Shown: positions 49,847 to 59,849 of the stretch, piece by piece
Layout: each line of letters begins with the position of its first letter
How positions within the stretch are numbered: the first letter of the stretch is position 1
Virus record (IMG/VR): IMGVR_UViG_3300006128_000009
Origin: an uncultured virus (IMG/VR IMGVR_UViG_3300006128_000009)
Taxonomy: Duplodnaviria > Heunggongvirae > Uroviricota > Caudoviricetes
DNA: 64,000 nt
Direction: 5' to 3' (one strand)
Translations under genes and position numbers: made by a program
Notes under the pieces: generated by a model
What the model was told of the DNA's origin: nothing
The model's database searches: none
Seen by the model: the letters and a program-made list of their open reading frames with translations, nothing else

Positions 49847-51352
49847 TTTATTTTGTTTGTGTTTGGTTTTTTGGTTTTTGTATCTTAAGATACAAAGTGG
49901 TGTTCTTGCGTGATGCGTGTGAGCGGGTGCGTCATTAAAACATGGTGTTGCATTTTAACATGGTGCTGTATTAAATCTCGATCTCTTTTTATCTTTCCAG
50001 ACTTGGAGTTGAATTCCAAAACATACGATGATCATACCAAGGATTGTAATGATTGACGTATCTGGATCTTTAAAGAGAGAATTGAAATGACTCATGGTTT
50101 TGTCTACGTTTTCCTTGGTCATAGTCTACTATTATCTACTACGCCGTCAAATTCATCAAGCAGAAACTGTAGTCTGCTATCATATTTGTACTTGGTTTCG
50201 ATATGATTGAACACAGCATTTGCGTTCTCCACGATCTTCTTGGTATTCTCACACAGGAGAATGTATTCACGAATCATTGCTTTTCTGGTGAGATCTGTGA
50301 ATTTGTCTTTAGTCAACTTCTTCGATTCCCTCTAGGAGAGTGAATGTACGGAGGTTTCTTGTAGCGTGACCAACGGCGGAATCAAGACAGGTAAAGATTC
50401 CTTCCTCTTGAATATTTCCGTTGACATCATCGTATCGATAAGCATACCCGTCGGTATCCTTATAAAATACTATTGTTAGCGTTGGGATATGTTTCATGAT
50501 CTATATAGTATCAGAGTCTATTGGTATTGTCAATAGTTTATTTTACAATATACTGATTGATTTTATTCTGACGATAGATTTGCTGTAGCCATGTCTCATG
50601 CGTGACATCGAACATATGTATCATCAGTAGGGAATTCTTTGGATTGATTTTATATCCAAAGAGACGGAGGATGGAGTTAATCATTTTGCTTAATGGTTTT
50701 ATTTCGTTTGTATTGTTTTTTGCTTCGCATCACCTTTGTTGGTGGTGCAAATGGGTTTCTCTTTTTTATTTTGACAATGATTGTAAACTTCTTCATGACT
50801 CAATCCAACTGGATTTCATCAGTATTGTCAATGGAAAAATCGTCTAGGTGTGATCCGTTTGGTATTGACGGGAGTAGATCATCTTCGTAGTCCCGTTCGG
50901 TTGCATCGTAAAGACCTTCGTGTCTTCGACTAGTGTATGACCTCTGAATCCAATCGTCATACTCGTCGCTGAATGCTGATCTCTGTGGTAACCATACTTT
51001 ATATGTTTGCATATTCTTCTTTCTCCAAGATTCTGTATTTGTTCTCGCATCCCGCCATGCGATCCCATTCCTTAAATACTTCAATCTGTTCTTTTGCTTG
51101 CTCCATAGTTTCACGGGGAAGGAAACATCTCCACTCCTTCTTGACCTTGGAGTATATCTGTGGATAAAAAATCATTTGGATTCTTTTTTGGCTTTCTCGT
51201 AGAGGTCTACAAATTTGATTGATATTCTGGAGATATCAGATTCCGTGATTCCTGTCAAGTCATCTTCACAACTATCATCCCAATTTGCATTGAGAAAACA
51301 GAGTGCGTATTGGATTATTCTCAGTTCTTTTATGTTGGTGGTGTTCATAGTG

Positions 51353-51922
51353 TCAGGCTTTTGTAGCATAAGACTTCCAGATGGTCAAGTCTAAATCTGC
51401 TGGTGTCATCTGGTGATTGATTGCCTCTGTCAAGAACAATTTCTCAATCTCCGCATACTTCTTCTTTGCTGGTGTTGCCTTGGGAACCTTGTATCCCTTC
51501 TCACTCATCCACTTGAGGATGTGCGTATCAAGGACTGCAACCTTTGCATCTGGTCGAGAGTGCAGGATAAAGAATCTCGCAGTCTTGCTACCGATACCAG
51601 AGATGCTCTCCAGTTCTTCGATGGTCACAGTCTTCAAACGACCCTTGAACTTGAGAATCTCGGTGAAGGCATGACCGATCCTCTTGTATTGACCTAGCTT
51701 GAACTCCTTCATGTGGATCTCTAGCCAACCATTCTTATTCAAGAATTCGATATGTGCAAAAGGCTTGTCAATCTGCTCCCACATACAACGCTTGAGGAAC
51801 TCGTCTAGCTTCCTTGCCTGTTGCTCTGCTCCCTTTCCTGCAACGAGGATTGCGAACATGAGGAACTCTTCCAGTTCTTCCTCGGTGCGGTTGTAGTTGG
51901 TGATGGTGGTTGGAGTGATCAT
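51353..51922 (-). CDS. HhH DNA glycosylase-like protein (8-oxoG glycosylase-like)
   Basis: LESISGIGSKTARFF, AVLDTHILKW, Y..IE..F, DL.IW. Confidence 0.75.
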   Translation of the reverse strand: MITPTTITNYNRTEEELEEFLMFAILVAGKGAEQQARKLDEFLKRCMWEQIDKPFAHIEFLNKNGWLEIHMKEFKLGQYKRIGHAFTEILKFKGRLKTVTIEELESISGIGSKTARFFILHSRPDAKVAVLDTHILKWMSEKGYKVPKATPAKKKYAEIEKLFLTEAINHQMTPADLDLTIWKSYATKA

Positions 51923-52049
51923 CAGAATAGGTGGATGATTGCGTTGATGGTGGTAACGACAACCATAACAATACACACCAGCATCATGAATGCAAGGAAT
52001 GCGATCAAGGGTATGAATGCTTCGGGTTCGATTTCAATTTTCATTTGGA

Positions 52050-52376
52050 TTATTGATCTGTAGTGTTCCAAGGAATGTTGTTGAAGTCAAACCAATTTTT
52101 GACCATAACAACAATTTCTTTTTTTAGCTTGTCTTGGTTCTCAAATTCTTGCCAATACTTTGTTCCAGTTGCTTTGAACACATTGTAATTCAATGCTTGA
52201 GATCCGATGCCTTTGCGAACTTCCACTAGAATGATTCTACCCCTGTCATATGGTTTGAGATTCTCATTGACAAACTCATAGAATGTATTGAAGGACTCAT
52301 AATCACTCCCTAAACAACGATGATCGGTCTTGATGTTGATGAGCTTGAGATCGGGTGTGTTGTCGTAGTATCTCAT
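52050..52376 (-). CDS. Hypothetical protein
   Basis: ORF in operon. Confidence 0.5.
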   Translation of the reverse strand: MRYYDNTPDLKLINIKTDHRCLGSDYESFNTFYEFVNENLKPYDRGRIILVEVRKGIGSQALNYNVFKATGTKYWQEFENQDKLKKEIVVMVKNWFDFNNIPWNTTDQ

Positions 52377-52636
52377 TATCCGTGAATGTGTGCAGTGATT
52401 CCCTTGACTCCTTCAACAAAGGTGATCTTTGTCGCCCATCCTCGGATGATGCAATGAGGTTGACGCTTCTGATCGTGACTCTCAATGTCTGCTCCGTGAG
52501 TCTTTACGAAGTTTGCCATGTGGCAGGTATCTTCCCAATGGACTGTCATCACATTGCGTCCCTGCTTCTTGGACTCAGCTTTGTAGTAGTGAAAGAAGAA
52601 TCTCTTCTTCTTGGGTTTGGTGGTGGTGGTTTTCAT
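52376..52636 (-). CDS. Hypothetical phage protein
   Basis: FFFHY.K..S......MTVH. Confidence 0.55.
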   Translation of the reverse strand: MKTTTTKPKKKRFFFHYYKAESKKQGRNVMTVHWEDTCHMANFVKTHGADIESHDQKRQPHCIIRGWATKITFVEGVKGITAHIHG

Positions 52637-52647
52637 GGTGGTGAGTT

Positions 52648-53061
52648 TTAAGCCTTGCACAGAGACTTGAATGTGTCAAGCCTTTTTGATTGAACTTTCC
52701 AAATTGATTTGATGATCTGCATGGGTTTGTTTTCCAGATGGTCATAGATCACACCATCAATAATACAGAAGGCGTGTCTCCTACGATTGACAACAAACCT
52801 ACCAGTTGGATTTTTCTTTAAGAACTTTTGAATGGTAATACCCCCACATTTGATCTTACGAAATTCTATTCCTTTTTTTCTGGCATGGTTCATCAGCTTC
52901 GATGTGTAGAATCCTTTACCATGCTTGCGTCCTGCTTCCTCACCGATCTTGTATGCTTCAGTATAGGGAATCCCTGCCGCTGTTGCCAAGGCACAGATGG
53001 TGCAGTTGTTTGAATCATTGATACCAGACTTCTCGGCTGAAGTAGTGGGTTGGTGTCTCAT
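52648..53061 (-). CDS. Hypothetical phage protein (Cys/His, papain-like residues)
   Basis: NCTICALA...IPY; HA.CIIDG.IYD. Confidence 0.6.
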   Translation of the reverse strand: MRHQPTTSAEKSGINDSNNCTICALATAAGIPYTEAYKIGEEAGRKHGKGFYTSKLMNHARKKGIEFRKIKCGGITIQKFLKKNPTGRFVVNRRRHAFCIIDGVIYDHLENKPMQIIKSIWKVQSKRLDTFKSLCKA

Positions 53062-53285
53062 GGTTCCTAGAAGCTAATACAGACTTCTCAAAATTACAAG
53101 CACTATTTTCAAAAATCTTTTTGTATGTATATGGTAAGACACCAACATACACTATACATTATATTACACTTTCTGTAATGTATTGTGCAGTGCAATAAAA
53201 AACCTCTCACTAAAAGTAAGAGGAATCGAAATTAAAATTTGTTTTTTTTTTACAAAGTTGTATTTCGAATACTATAAGTATTTAT

Positions 53286-53786
53286 ATGAAATGTTTTAAT
53301 TGCCAAAAAAAATTAGAAGGAAGATATCAAAAGAAATTTTGCTCACAAAGTTGTGCGGCAACTTTTAATAATAAAATTTGTAAAAAGGGAAAAGGTGGAA
53401 AAAGAAATTGCCCAAGATGTAAAAAGGAATTTTTGAAACAAGAACTTCCCCCTAGATGTCTTTGCTTTGAATGTAAAGAAGAAAAGAAAAACAATCTTCT
53501 TTATAATAAAGATTTGACAAAGAAAGAATTGGTCTATGAGAAACATACTCATGGTGCGGCATATTCATACATTCGTTGGCACTCTCGTAAAGTAGTTCTA
53601 AAAGATCACCCTAAGATTTGTTCGGTGTGTGGTTACGATAGACACGCTGAAGTTGCTCATAGAATCCCCATATCAGACTTTCCAGATGATGCAAAACTTT
53701 CGGAAATCAATTCTATAAGCAATCTTGTATTACTTTGCCCCAATCATCATTGGGAATTCGATCATGGTAGGAGTGGAGGGACTTGA
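53286..53786 (+). CDS. HNH endonuclease with Zn fingers
   Basis: KFCSQSC; CSVCGY, EVAHRIPI, N..SNLVLLCPNHHWEFD. Confidence 0.9.
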   Translation: MKCFNCQKKLEGRYQKKFCSQSCAATFNNKICKKGKGGKRNCPRCKKEFLKQELPPRCLCFECKEEKKNNLLYNKDLTKKELVYEKHTHGAAYSYIRWHSRKVVLKDHPKICSVCGYDRHAEVAHRIPISDFPDDAKLSEINSISNLVLLCPNHHWEFDHGRSGGT

Positions 53787-53839
53787 ACCCTCTTTGTCTG
53801 ATTAAAAGTCAGATACTTCACCTTAAAAGTTTCACTCCC
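53765..53839 (-). tRNA. tRNA-Lys(TTT)
   Basis: TCTGA-CTTTTAA-TCAGA; atypical D-arm; ACCA. Confidence 0.88.
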
Positions 53840-53843
53840 ATGA

Positions 53844-53918
53844 TGGTGCATCGTGCAGGAGTCGAACCTGCATTGAGGAATTAGAAGTTCCCGATCCTAT
53901 CCATTGAATGAACGATGC
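53844..53918 (-). tRNA. tRNA-Arg(TCT)
   Basis: Cloverleaf, TCT, CCA. Confidence 0.92.
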
Positions 53919-53929
53919 GTAATTTGTAG

Positions 53930-54002
53930 TGCCCCCGGAGGGATTTGAACCCCCAACCAATCAGTTATGAGCCGACTGCTCTGACCATTGAGCTACAAGG
54001 GC
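53930..54002 (-). tRNA. tRNA with CAT anticodon (elongator Met or Ile2)
   Basis: Paired 1:72, loop CTCATAA. Confidence 0.85.
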
Positions 54003-54078
54003 ATTGTTAAAGTTGCTGGTGGTGGTTGGAGGAGGGAGCCACTACACTCCCTCCCCCTCTCTTCACCACACCTAATTC

Positions 54079-55110
54079 TTATGATCCCATTCCCGTCAGG
54101 AGATTCTTGATCCTCTTGAGAAGATCCTCGACTTTCTGGTCGTCCTCGCATCCACAGGAACCCTCACAGCATCCTGCTTCAAGGTGATCCTTCCCCTCGT
54201 TGCCGACCTGTGCCTCGTCCTGCTTGCAGACTTGATCGCCATGCTCGTCCTGCTGGTCACAGAAGCAATGATTCTCGTCGCAATCGGTATCGTCGCAATC
54301 GGTATCGTCCTCATCATCGTCATACTCGTCACCGTTCTCATCGTAGAGATCAGCGTCCCAACCAGACTCTCCACGATCCAGCTTGCTCCTCCAATCGTCG
54401 GTGTATTCACCGATCACCTCGTAGCGGCAAGTGCGTCCCTTGGTATTGTTGTAGTCAGCAGGGATTGCGACCACATCAGCAGGATTGATCTTAACGATCA
54501 TTGTGTGACCTCCGTTGCTATCGGAGAAGTGAGGGAGATACTTGATGGAGCAGAAGTGCAACCCGTAGGAACAGGTGCGATTCTTGTCCTCATCGACCAG
54601 ATTGCGAGGCATCTCACAAACAGATCCAACTGAATTGTTGTATTTGCCCGTGTAGATGTCCGTATAATCGGCCTTGACATTCTTGTAGGCAAGGAAGCAA
54701 CCGTCAGTAGTGACAGGAAGCTCTCCCGCCTCAAGGAAATCATACAGTTCGTTTATCGCCCGATAGGATGGATTCTGAAGAAGGTTCTCAAGGAACTTCA
54801 GCAGAGGGAGGAAGGGAAGATCATTACGCATAAACGAAATGATCTTTTTCGTCAGGGAGTTATGGATGACATGACCCTTGTATTGGATTGACCCGTCAAC
54901 GATCTGGACATCACCAGAGACATACATGGACACATTCTGAACGAGGTCGTAGTTCTTTACGAACTCATCGAACTGGTATGCCCGTGCATTGTTGAGGAGC
55001 TTGTGGTAGTTGGGGTGTTCGGGAAGAGCCGTGTAGTTCTTACCGTTGATGAAGGCAACGATGGTTCCGTTGCCCGTGATGGTGACTGCATTGGTGTTGG
55101 TGTTGCTCAT
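54079..55110 (-). CDS. rIIB: RIIB-like protein
   Basis: FLENL..NPS, ELY.FL, DG.FLAYK, MPR..VD.D...TCS.GLH, KINPADVV.IP.DY...K.R.CRY. Confidence 0.88.
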   Translation of the reverse strand: MSNTNTNAVTITGNGTIVAFINGKNYTALPEHPNYHKLLNNARAYQFDEFVKNYDLVQNVSMYVSGDVQIVDGSIQYKGHVIHNSLTKKIISFMRNDLPFLPLLKFLENLLQNPSYRAINELYDFLEAGELPVTTDGCFLAYKNVKADYTDIYTGKYNNSVGSVCEMPRNLVDEDKNRTCSYGLHFCSIKYLPHFSDSNGGHTMIVKINPADVVAIPADYNNTKGRTCRYEVIGEYTDDWRSKLDRGESGWDADLYDENGDEYDDDEDDTDCDDTDCDENHCFCDQQDEHGDQVCKQDEAQVGNEGKDHLEAGCCEGSCGCEDDQKVEDLLKRIKNLLTGMGS

Positions 55111-55152
55111 AGCATTAAAGAATCTATCAGAGTGCGTGGTTGAAGTCAATGA

Positions 55153-57123
55153 TTATTTTTCAACCCTTGAAATAATTTCCAGAACGGTGTCAGCGTCCCA
55201 ACCGTAGGAGAAAATCTTGTCAATCATTTTCTGGATAAATTTATCCTGTGCAACTTTTACCTTGCCATTCTTGAAATCAATCCAACCAGCGATTTGCTTG
55301 AACCTAGAAGTTTTCTCCTGTGCGTTGAAAATATAGTTGACAACTTGCTTGAACTCGCTAGTGGCAGGGAGGTCGATGAAAGCCTTCTTCTTGAGAACGC
55401 TATCGTAAGACCACCTATAAGTATTGGCAGTAGACATCTCATCCACATCGTATGTAAGATCAATGTTCTCATTGACCCATGCTGTGAACTCCTGTGAGGT
55501 TTCTGGCAGGAACTTGACGCTCTGCTTGGGAATCATCACGACATCGGAATCGGAAAGCCCAAGGAAGGTCATGAGACGCTTGAGGTCACTTTTGTTATTG
55601 ACATTCCGATCCAGACCCTCGACATCGAAGGTGAAATTCCAATCATTATCCTTGACAATATAGAAGGAAGGATACTTGGCATCGGGACTGTTGCCGTCGA
55701 TCTGGACTGCATCCCAACTACGGTTGTCGATATTCCCGATCTGGTAGACATTGAAAACTCCCTTGACTCTTGCCTTGCGACTACCATTGTTAGACCTTGA
55801 CTGCTTGGGAGTGGTAGGGAGGGAGGAAGCAGGAGTGAAGCAATCAGCAGGGAACCCACTAGCGATCATGTCAGCATAAGACTCCTTGCTGAATACGGTG
55901 ATGGACTTATCAGAATTGTCCTGAACATATTTCCTGACTCGGACAATCGTTCCCCTCTCAAGGTCATCGTGAACCCACAGAGAAGAGAGACTAGGATACA
56001 TACTCTCTGTCACCTTCTTTCTGAAATAGGAAGGCTTCCTGTATGTCATGGTGTGACCACTCTTTGCGATCTTGCTAATAAAATCAACTGGATTAGTTAT
56101 GTCCTGTCCGTTCCACAGGATCTTGTCCTTGATCGTCAGACCGTCGATGTAGCTGAAATTCTCATTCAAGGTATGGACACACATCAATGCTCCAAAGACT
56201 GAAGTCTGATTTGCAATGCTCTCATTGACACTACGAATGAAATCACTCTTGATAAATTCAAACTTGTCATTGAGTGCCTTGATCGTGGAGTCACAGTAAG
56301 ACAGGTGTTCACGAGATGGGGCGAAGTCAATCTCTCCCATGTTGAAGTTAATCACCAGACATGCACGATAACAGAGTCGATAGTTCTTATTATCGACCTT
56401 GTGAGAATCAATAGGATACGCCACACCTCCCATGATGGCGTAAGACTTGTCCAGACCTTTGAAGGACTTCCAACCATTACCAGAGAAAACAGGAGTCTCT
56501 TCATTCCAATCAATCTTTCCTCCCGTGATAATCGGCTTGACATCAAAGAATCGGAACGCCTTCTTGACCGACTGCTCAAAGATAGAGAAATCCTTCTCCT
56601 TAATCGGAATCTGGATCTTCACACCGTTGGACTCCGTAGTGTCAGAACGGTTCATCAGAGCAATAGCAGGTGTAGCCTGTTCGTTGAAGTAGGCATTATA
56701 CACGCTACGCACACCGTTGAAGGTGCTGGTCACAACGAAATTGTCCGTATAGCAGAAGGGAGACTTGGAGCCAAGACCCAAGCAACCAATTTGAGTATTG
56801 GTATTGGTTTTAGTGGACTCGAAATAGGTAGCATAGATGGAATAGATATTCTCATGAGAGATACCAGTTCCGAAATCTTCAATAGCAAGCCAAGGCTCAA
56901 GAGCATTAGGAAGATGGATGGCAAACGGTTCACCTCCCTTTCCAGCGGCGACCATAGCATCAGAGGCGTTGCAACCCAACTCACGAACAATAGCAAGAGG
57001 CTTATCGGAGTAGAGGTCAGAGAGGATCTGGAACGCCTTGCGAGAGGACTTCATCTTGAAGGTATTCTCTTCAGAGATAGTTCCGATCTGTTCGATAGTA
57101 GTAGTGGTGTCGATTAGTTTCAT
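55153..57123 (-). CDS. rIIA: RIIA-like protein (HATPase domain)
   Basis: LYSD...IVREL..NA.DA, IEDFGTG, STK, GLGSKSPF, PSRE.L. Confidence 0.88.
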   Translation of the reverse strand: MKLIDTTTTIEQIGTISEENTFKMKSSRKAFQILSDLYSDKPLAIVRELGCNASDAMVAAGKGGEPFAIHLPNALEPWLAIEDFGTGISHENIYSIYATYFESTKTNTNTQIGCLGLGSKSPFCYTDNFVVTSTFNGVRSVYNAYFNEQATPAIALMNRSDTTESNGVKIQIPIKEKDFSIFEQSVKKAFRFFDVKPIITGGKIDWNEETPVFSGNGWKSFKGLDKSYAIMGGVAYPIDSHKVDNKNYRLCYRACLVINFNMGEIDFAPSREHLSYCDSTIKALNDKFEFIKSDFIRSVNESIANQTSVFGALMCVHTLNENFSYIDGLTIKDKILWNGQDITNPVDFISKIAKSGHTMTYRKPSYFRKKVTESMYPSLSSLWVHDDLERGTIVRVRKYVQDNSDKSITVFSKESYADMIASGFPADCFTPASSLPTTPKQSRSNNGSRKARVKGVFNVYQIGNIDNRSWDAVQIDGNSPDAKYPSFYIVKDNDWNFTFDVEGLDRNVNNKSDLKRLMTFLGLSDSDVVMIPKQSVKFLPETSQEFTAWVNENIDLTYDVDEMSTANTYRWSYDSVLKKKAFIDLPATSEFKQVVNYIFNAQEKTSRFKQIAGWIDFKNGKVKVAQDKFIQKMIDKIFSYGWDADTVLEIISRVEK

Positions 57124-57893
57124 GGGTAGTGGTTTGATTCGACCTCCACAATACACATTCCAATTTCTCGTTCAAGACCTTTTTTTGAAAATTTTTCGAT
57201 TATCATTTTATGCTTGACAACGACATCATAGGACAATTAAAAAATCATTGTCTTACCATCGCCCATAAAAGTCATAGAATGTATTTGTCAACTCAAAAAT
57301 AAAAATGAATTGATTTTTATTTCAGAACAACATGATAAGACATTTACACAACCATTGTCTTACCATTAACGAAAATAACGAAAAACCCACCAGCGGGAAT
57401 ATCGCTGATGGGTTTCGTGTTTAAAACAAACTGGATTTACTTACGCCATGCAGTCCAGCGTCCGATATTGTCTCGGACATTATGATAGCGACACTTGAGT
57501 CGAATCTTTCCAAACTGATTTACAGGCCCAAGAACCTCATACTTGCTTGTGTTGATTGTCTCCTTGACAAGTGCAACCTTGGAATCCCGATTCATCTGGT
57601 TGAAGTTCTTCGTCAACCCGCTGAAGTCACGGATAATCATTGTTGTGTTGGTCATTTATTATTCACCTCCTTTTGTTTCATTTGATTTTCTGTTTTTCGC
57701 CTTTCGTTCAAGTCTCTTCTGACGAGAAAGTGCAATAGCTTCCTTCTCCTTATCTGTAAGTTCAAGGAGATCATACTTGGTTTCCTTATCCAACTTGTGC
57801 CAGATAGATTCACTCTTCATTAGATTCTTCGACTTTCTGATATGATTCATGCTCATAATAAAAGTATATATGGTTTTCCTATATTGTCAATCC

Positions 57894-58112
57894 TTAATCT
57901 TCTGGATGTGTTGCATTACAATATTCTGCAACTCCTGCATCATACCCCACCCTGTAATAGTAGTGTCGGGTCTGTTCGGCATGACTAAAACTTCCCCCAT
58001 CATAGGGATTAGTGTCAACTCCTTCTTCAAACCCATCCACAAATCCCTTGCAATAGGCAACGCTTCTACAGAGAATAGCAGGATCAAATGTCATTTCAGT
58101 TTTCATGCTTCC
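57894..58112 (-). CDS. Hypothetical early protein
   Basis: AY..GF.DG...NPY...YRVGYDAG. Confidence 0.5.
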   Translation of the reverse strand, partial: GSMKTEMTFDPAILCRSVAYCKGFVDGFEEGVDTNPYDGGSFSHAEQTRHYYYRVGYDAGVAEYCNATHPED

Positions 58113-58508
58113 TCCTTTAGCGTTTTTACGATCTCTTGGCAAGCATTTAATACGGATTCTACTTCTTGATTTGTTTCTAAAATCTCCTCTGTCAAATCCT
58201 CATATTCTGGATTGGTAGCACCATTGCAAGACCACAGAGTTCCCTCTGCATTTCGCAAGGCATTATACATCTTCCAGAACAGATCGGTTTCTATTTCGAT
58301 TGTGTTTTTCATTTGTAGTGTGTTGTATGGGTGATTTTGTGGGTATAAGAATCTCTGGTAGTCTCGACAATCGTATGAGGGACAGTATAGACCTTTGTAA
58401 GATATGCGTCATCAGAAGTAACCCAACCATAGTTTGCACTATCGGCTAGTTCCTGACCAAACTTCTCAACGATGAATTTGTATTGACTAGGAAAAAATAG
58501 ATTCATTT

Positions 58509-58805
58509 TTAAGCCTCAAGGTTCAGATAGATTCCATCCTTTGTCAAGCCCCAAAGTGAATCGATAAAAGATTTCCATTCCTCTTCAGAACAAGTCTCAA
58601 CATCCTCGTCATCAGAGAACCATTCGTAGGCATCATCAATGAAACGAGCAAACCTCTCACCATTGATAAGAGTCAGATTATTGTCCCCAAAGGAAAAATC
58701 TGGATTAGAACTAGCAAGCATATCCCAAAACCAATCCCATTCAGCAGGAATAAGACTAGTCAGATCTACGACTTTGACTGTGCGTGGTGATATAGTGGTG
58801 TTCAT
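58509..58805 (-). CDS. Acidic hypothetical early protein
   Basis: FSFGDNN.TL motif; in run of small ORFs. Confidence 0.55.
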   Translation of the reverse strand: MNTTISPRTVKVVDLTSLIPAEWDWFWDMLASSNPDFSFGDNNLTLINGERFARFIDDAYEWFSDDEDVETCSEEEWKSFIDSLWGLTKDGIYLNLEA

Positions 58806-58814
58806 AGAATTGAA

Positions 58815-59030
58815 TTAGAACTGGATTTCGCTATCCTGTAAAGCAGAAAGTGCAGAAAGATTAAAAATCAATTCATTTGAATCTTTCCACTTCGACTCCT
58901 CGCAAACCATAACACTACTATCAAAATAGTGCTGATTGAGAAATCCCTTAATACCAAGAATGACATCTTCTGGAATCTCCTGACTGTGAACGTGGAGAAT
59001 AAGAGGAATGACTGTGTAGTGGTTTTTCAT
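58815..59030 (-). CDS. Hypothetical early protein
   Basis: First ORF of the minus-strand block. Confidence 0.5.
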   Translation of the reverse strand: MKNHYTVIPLILHVHSQEIPEDVILGIKGFLNQHYFDSSVMVCEESKWKDSNELIFNLSALSALQDSEIQF

Positions 59031-59349
59031 AACCCCACCAATGGATCATATTCCCAAAAACTTTACAAGAACTATTTTAAACTTTTTTATGTATACCAAT
59101 GGTAAGACATCAATGTTTGAAAAGTCTTACCAATTATTCTGAAGTTTTCTGAAAACTGTTTGGTAAGACACCGTTGTTCAGAACAGTCTTACAATATATT
59201 GTATGGTAAGACAATATGTTGCAAACACATTCAGAATAATACACGCTCATGCGAATATGTTCTGAAAATGTCAAGAAAACATTGCAAAATTTTGAAAATT
59301 TTCTGGTTGACAAAACAGTTAAAAACATTTAGAGTAGACTGATTGTAAT

Positions 59350-59523
59350 AAATGTGTTTAGAAATGTTTAGAAATGTGTTTAGAAATGTTTTTAATGTTT
59401 TCAGAGTGTTTAGAACTGTTCGGAAAGTATTCGGAATGTTTAGAACTGTTTGGAAAGTGTTTGGAACTGTTCGGAATGTTTTCAGGTTATTTGAAACTAT
59501 TTAGGAAGTTTTCGGAAGTTTCG
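59350..59523 (+). repeat. Degenerate ~10-11 bp tandem repeat GAA(A/C)TGTT(T/C)(A/G)
   Basis: Reverse complement resembles the 43716 repeat. Confidence 0.8.
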
Positions 59524-59849
59524 ATAACTTGTATGAAGAATGTCTTATCATGTGGGAGGAATGTATTTTGAATACTGTTCTGGAGTTATTTCGATTAGAT
59601 CGAAAGGTTCTTCAGGGGAGAAGTTTCAAATCATTTGTTATTGTAGTCTTTGGGAATTGTAAGTATTATTGTTATTGAATGGATGATAGTTGTATAGCTG
59701 TCAGTTGGATTGTTATCTTGATTCTTATTGGGACATTCCTTAAATATAGAAATTGATTTGTCGTATTGCTACACCATGTTGTATTTTTACACGGTGTTCT
59801 ATTAAAACAGCATTGACATGGATATGGGTTTCTGTTATTGTACTTGTCT

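Larger units (their letters stand above)
43944..59550. repeat. Dispersed intergenic TGGTAAGACA box arrays
   Basis: 23 exact copies in either orientation plus degenerate partners; all intergenic. Confidence 0.9.

Noticed and set aside
56305..57117. Long + strand ORF antisense to rIIA (and similar shadow ORFs at 54184, 47703, 45651)
   Set aside because: Antisense shadows of GC-richer genes with no recognisable motifs
43944..59550. CRISPR array or integron attC array
   Set aside because: Repeats are only 10 bp, occur in both orientations, lack uniform spacers, and no cas or integrase gene is present
59134..59571. Short ORFs in the right boundary region
   Set aside because: Translations of box arrays and tandem repeats
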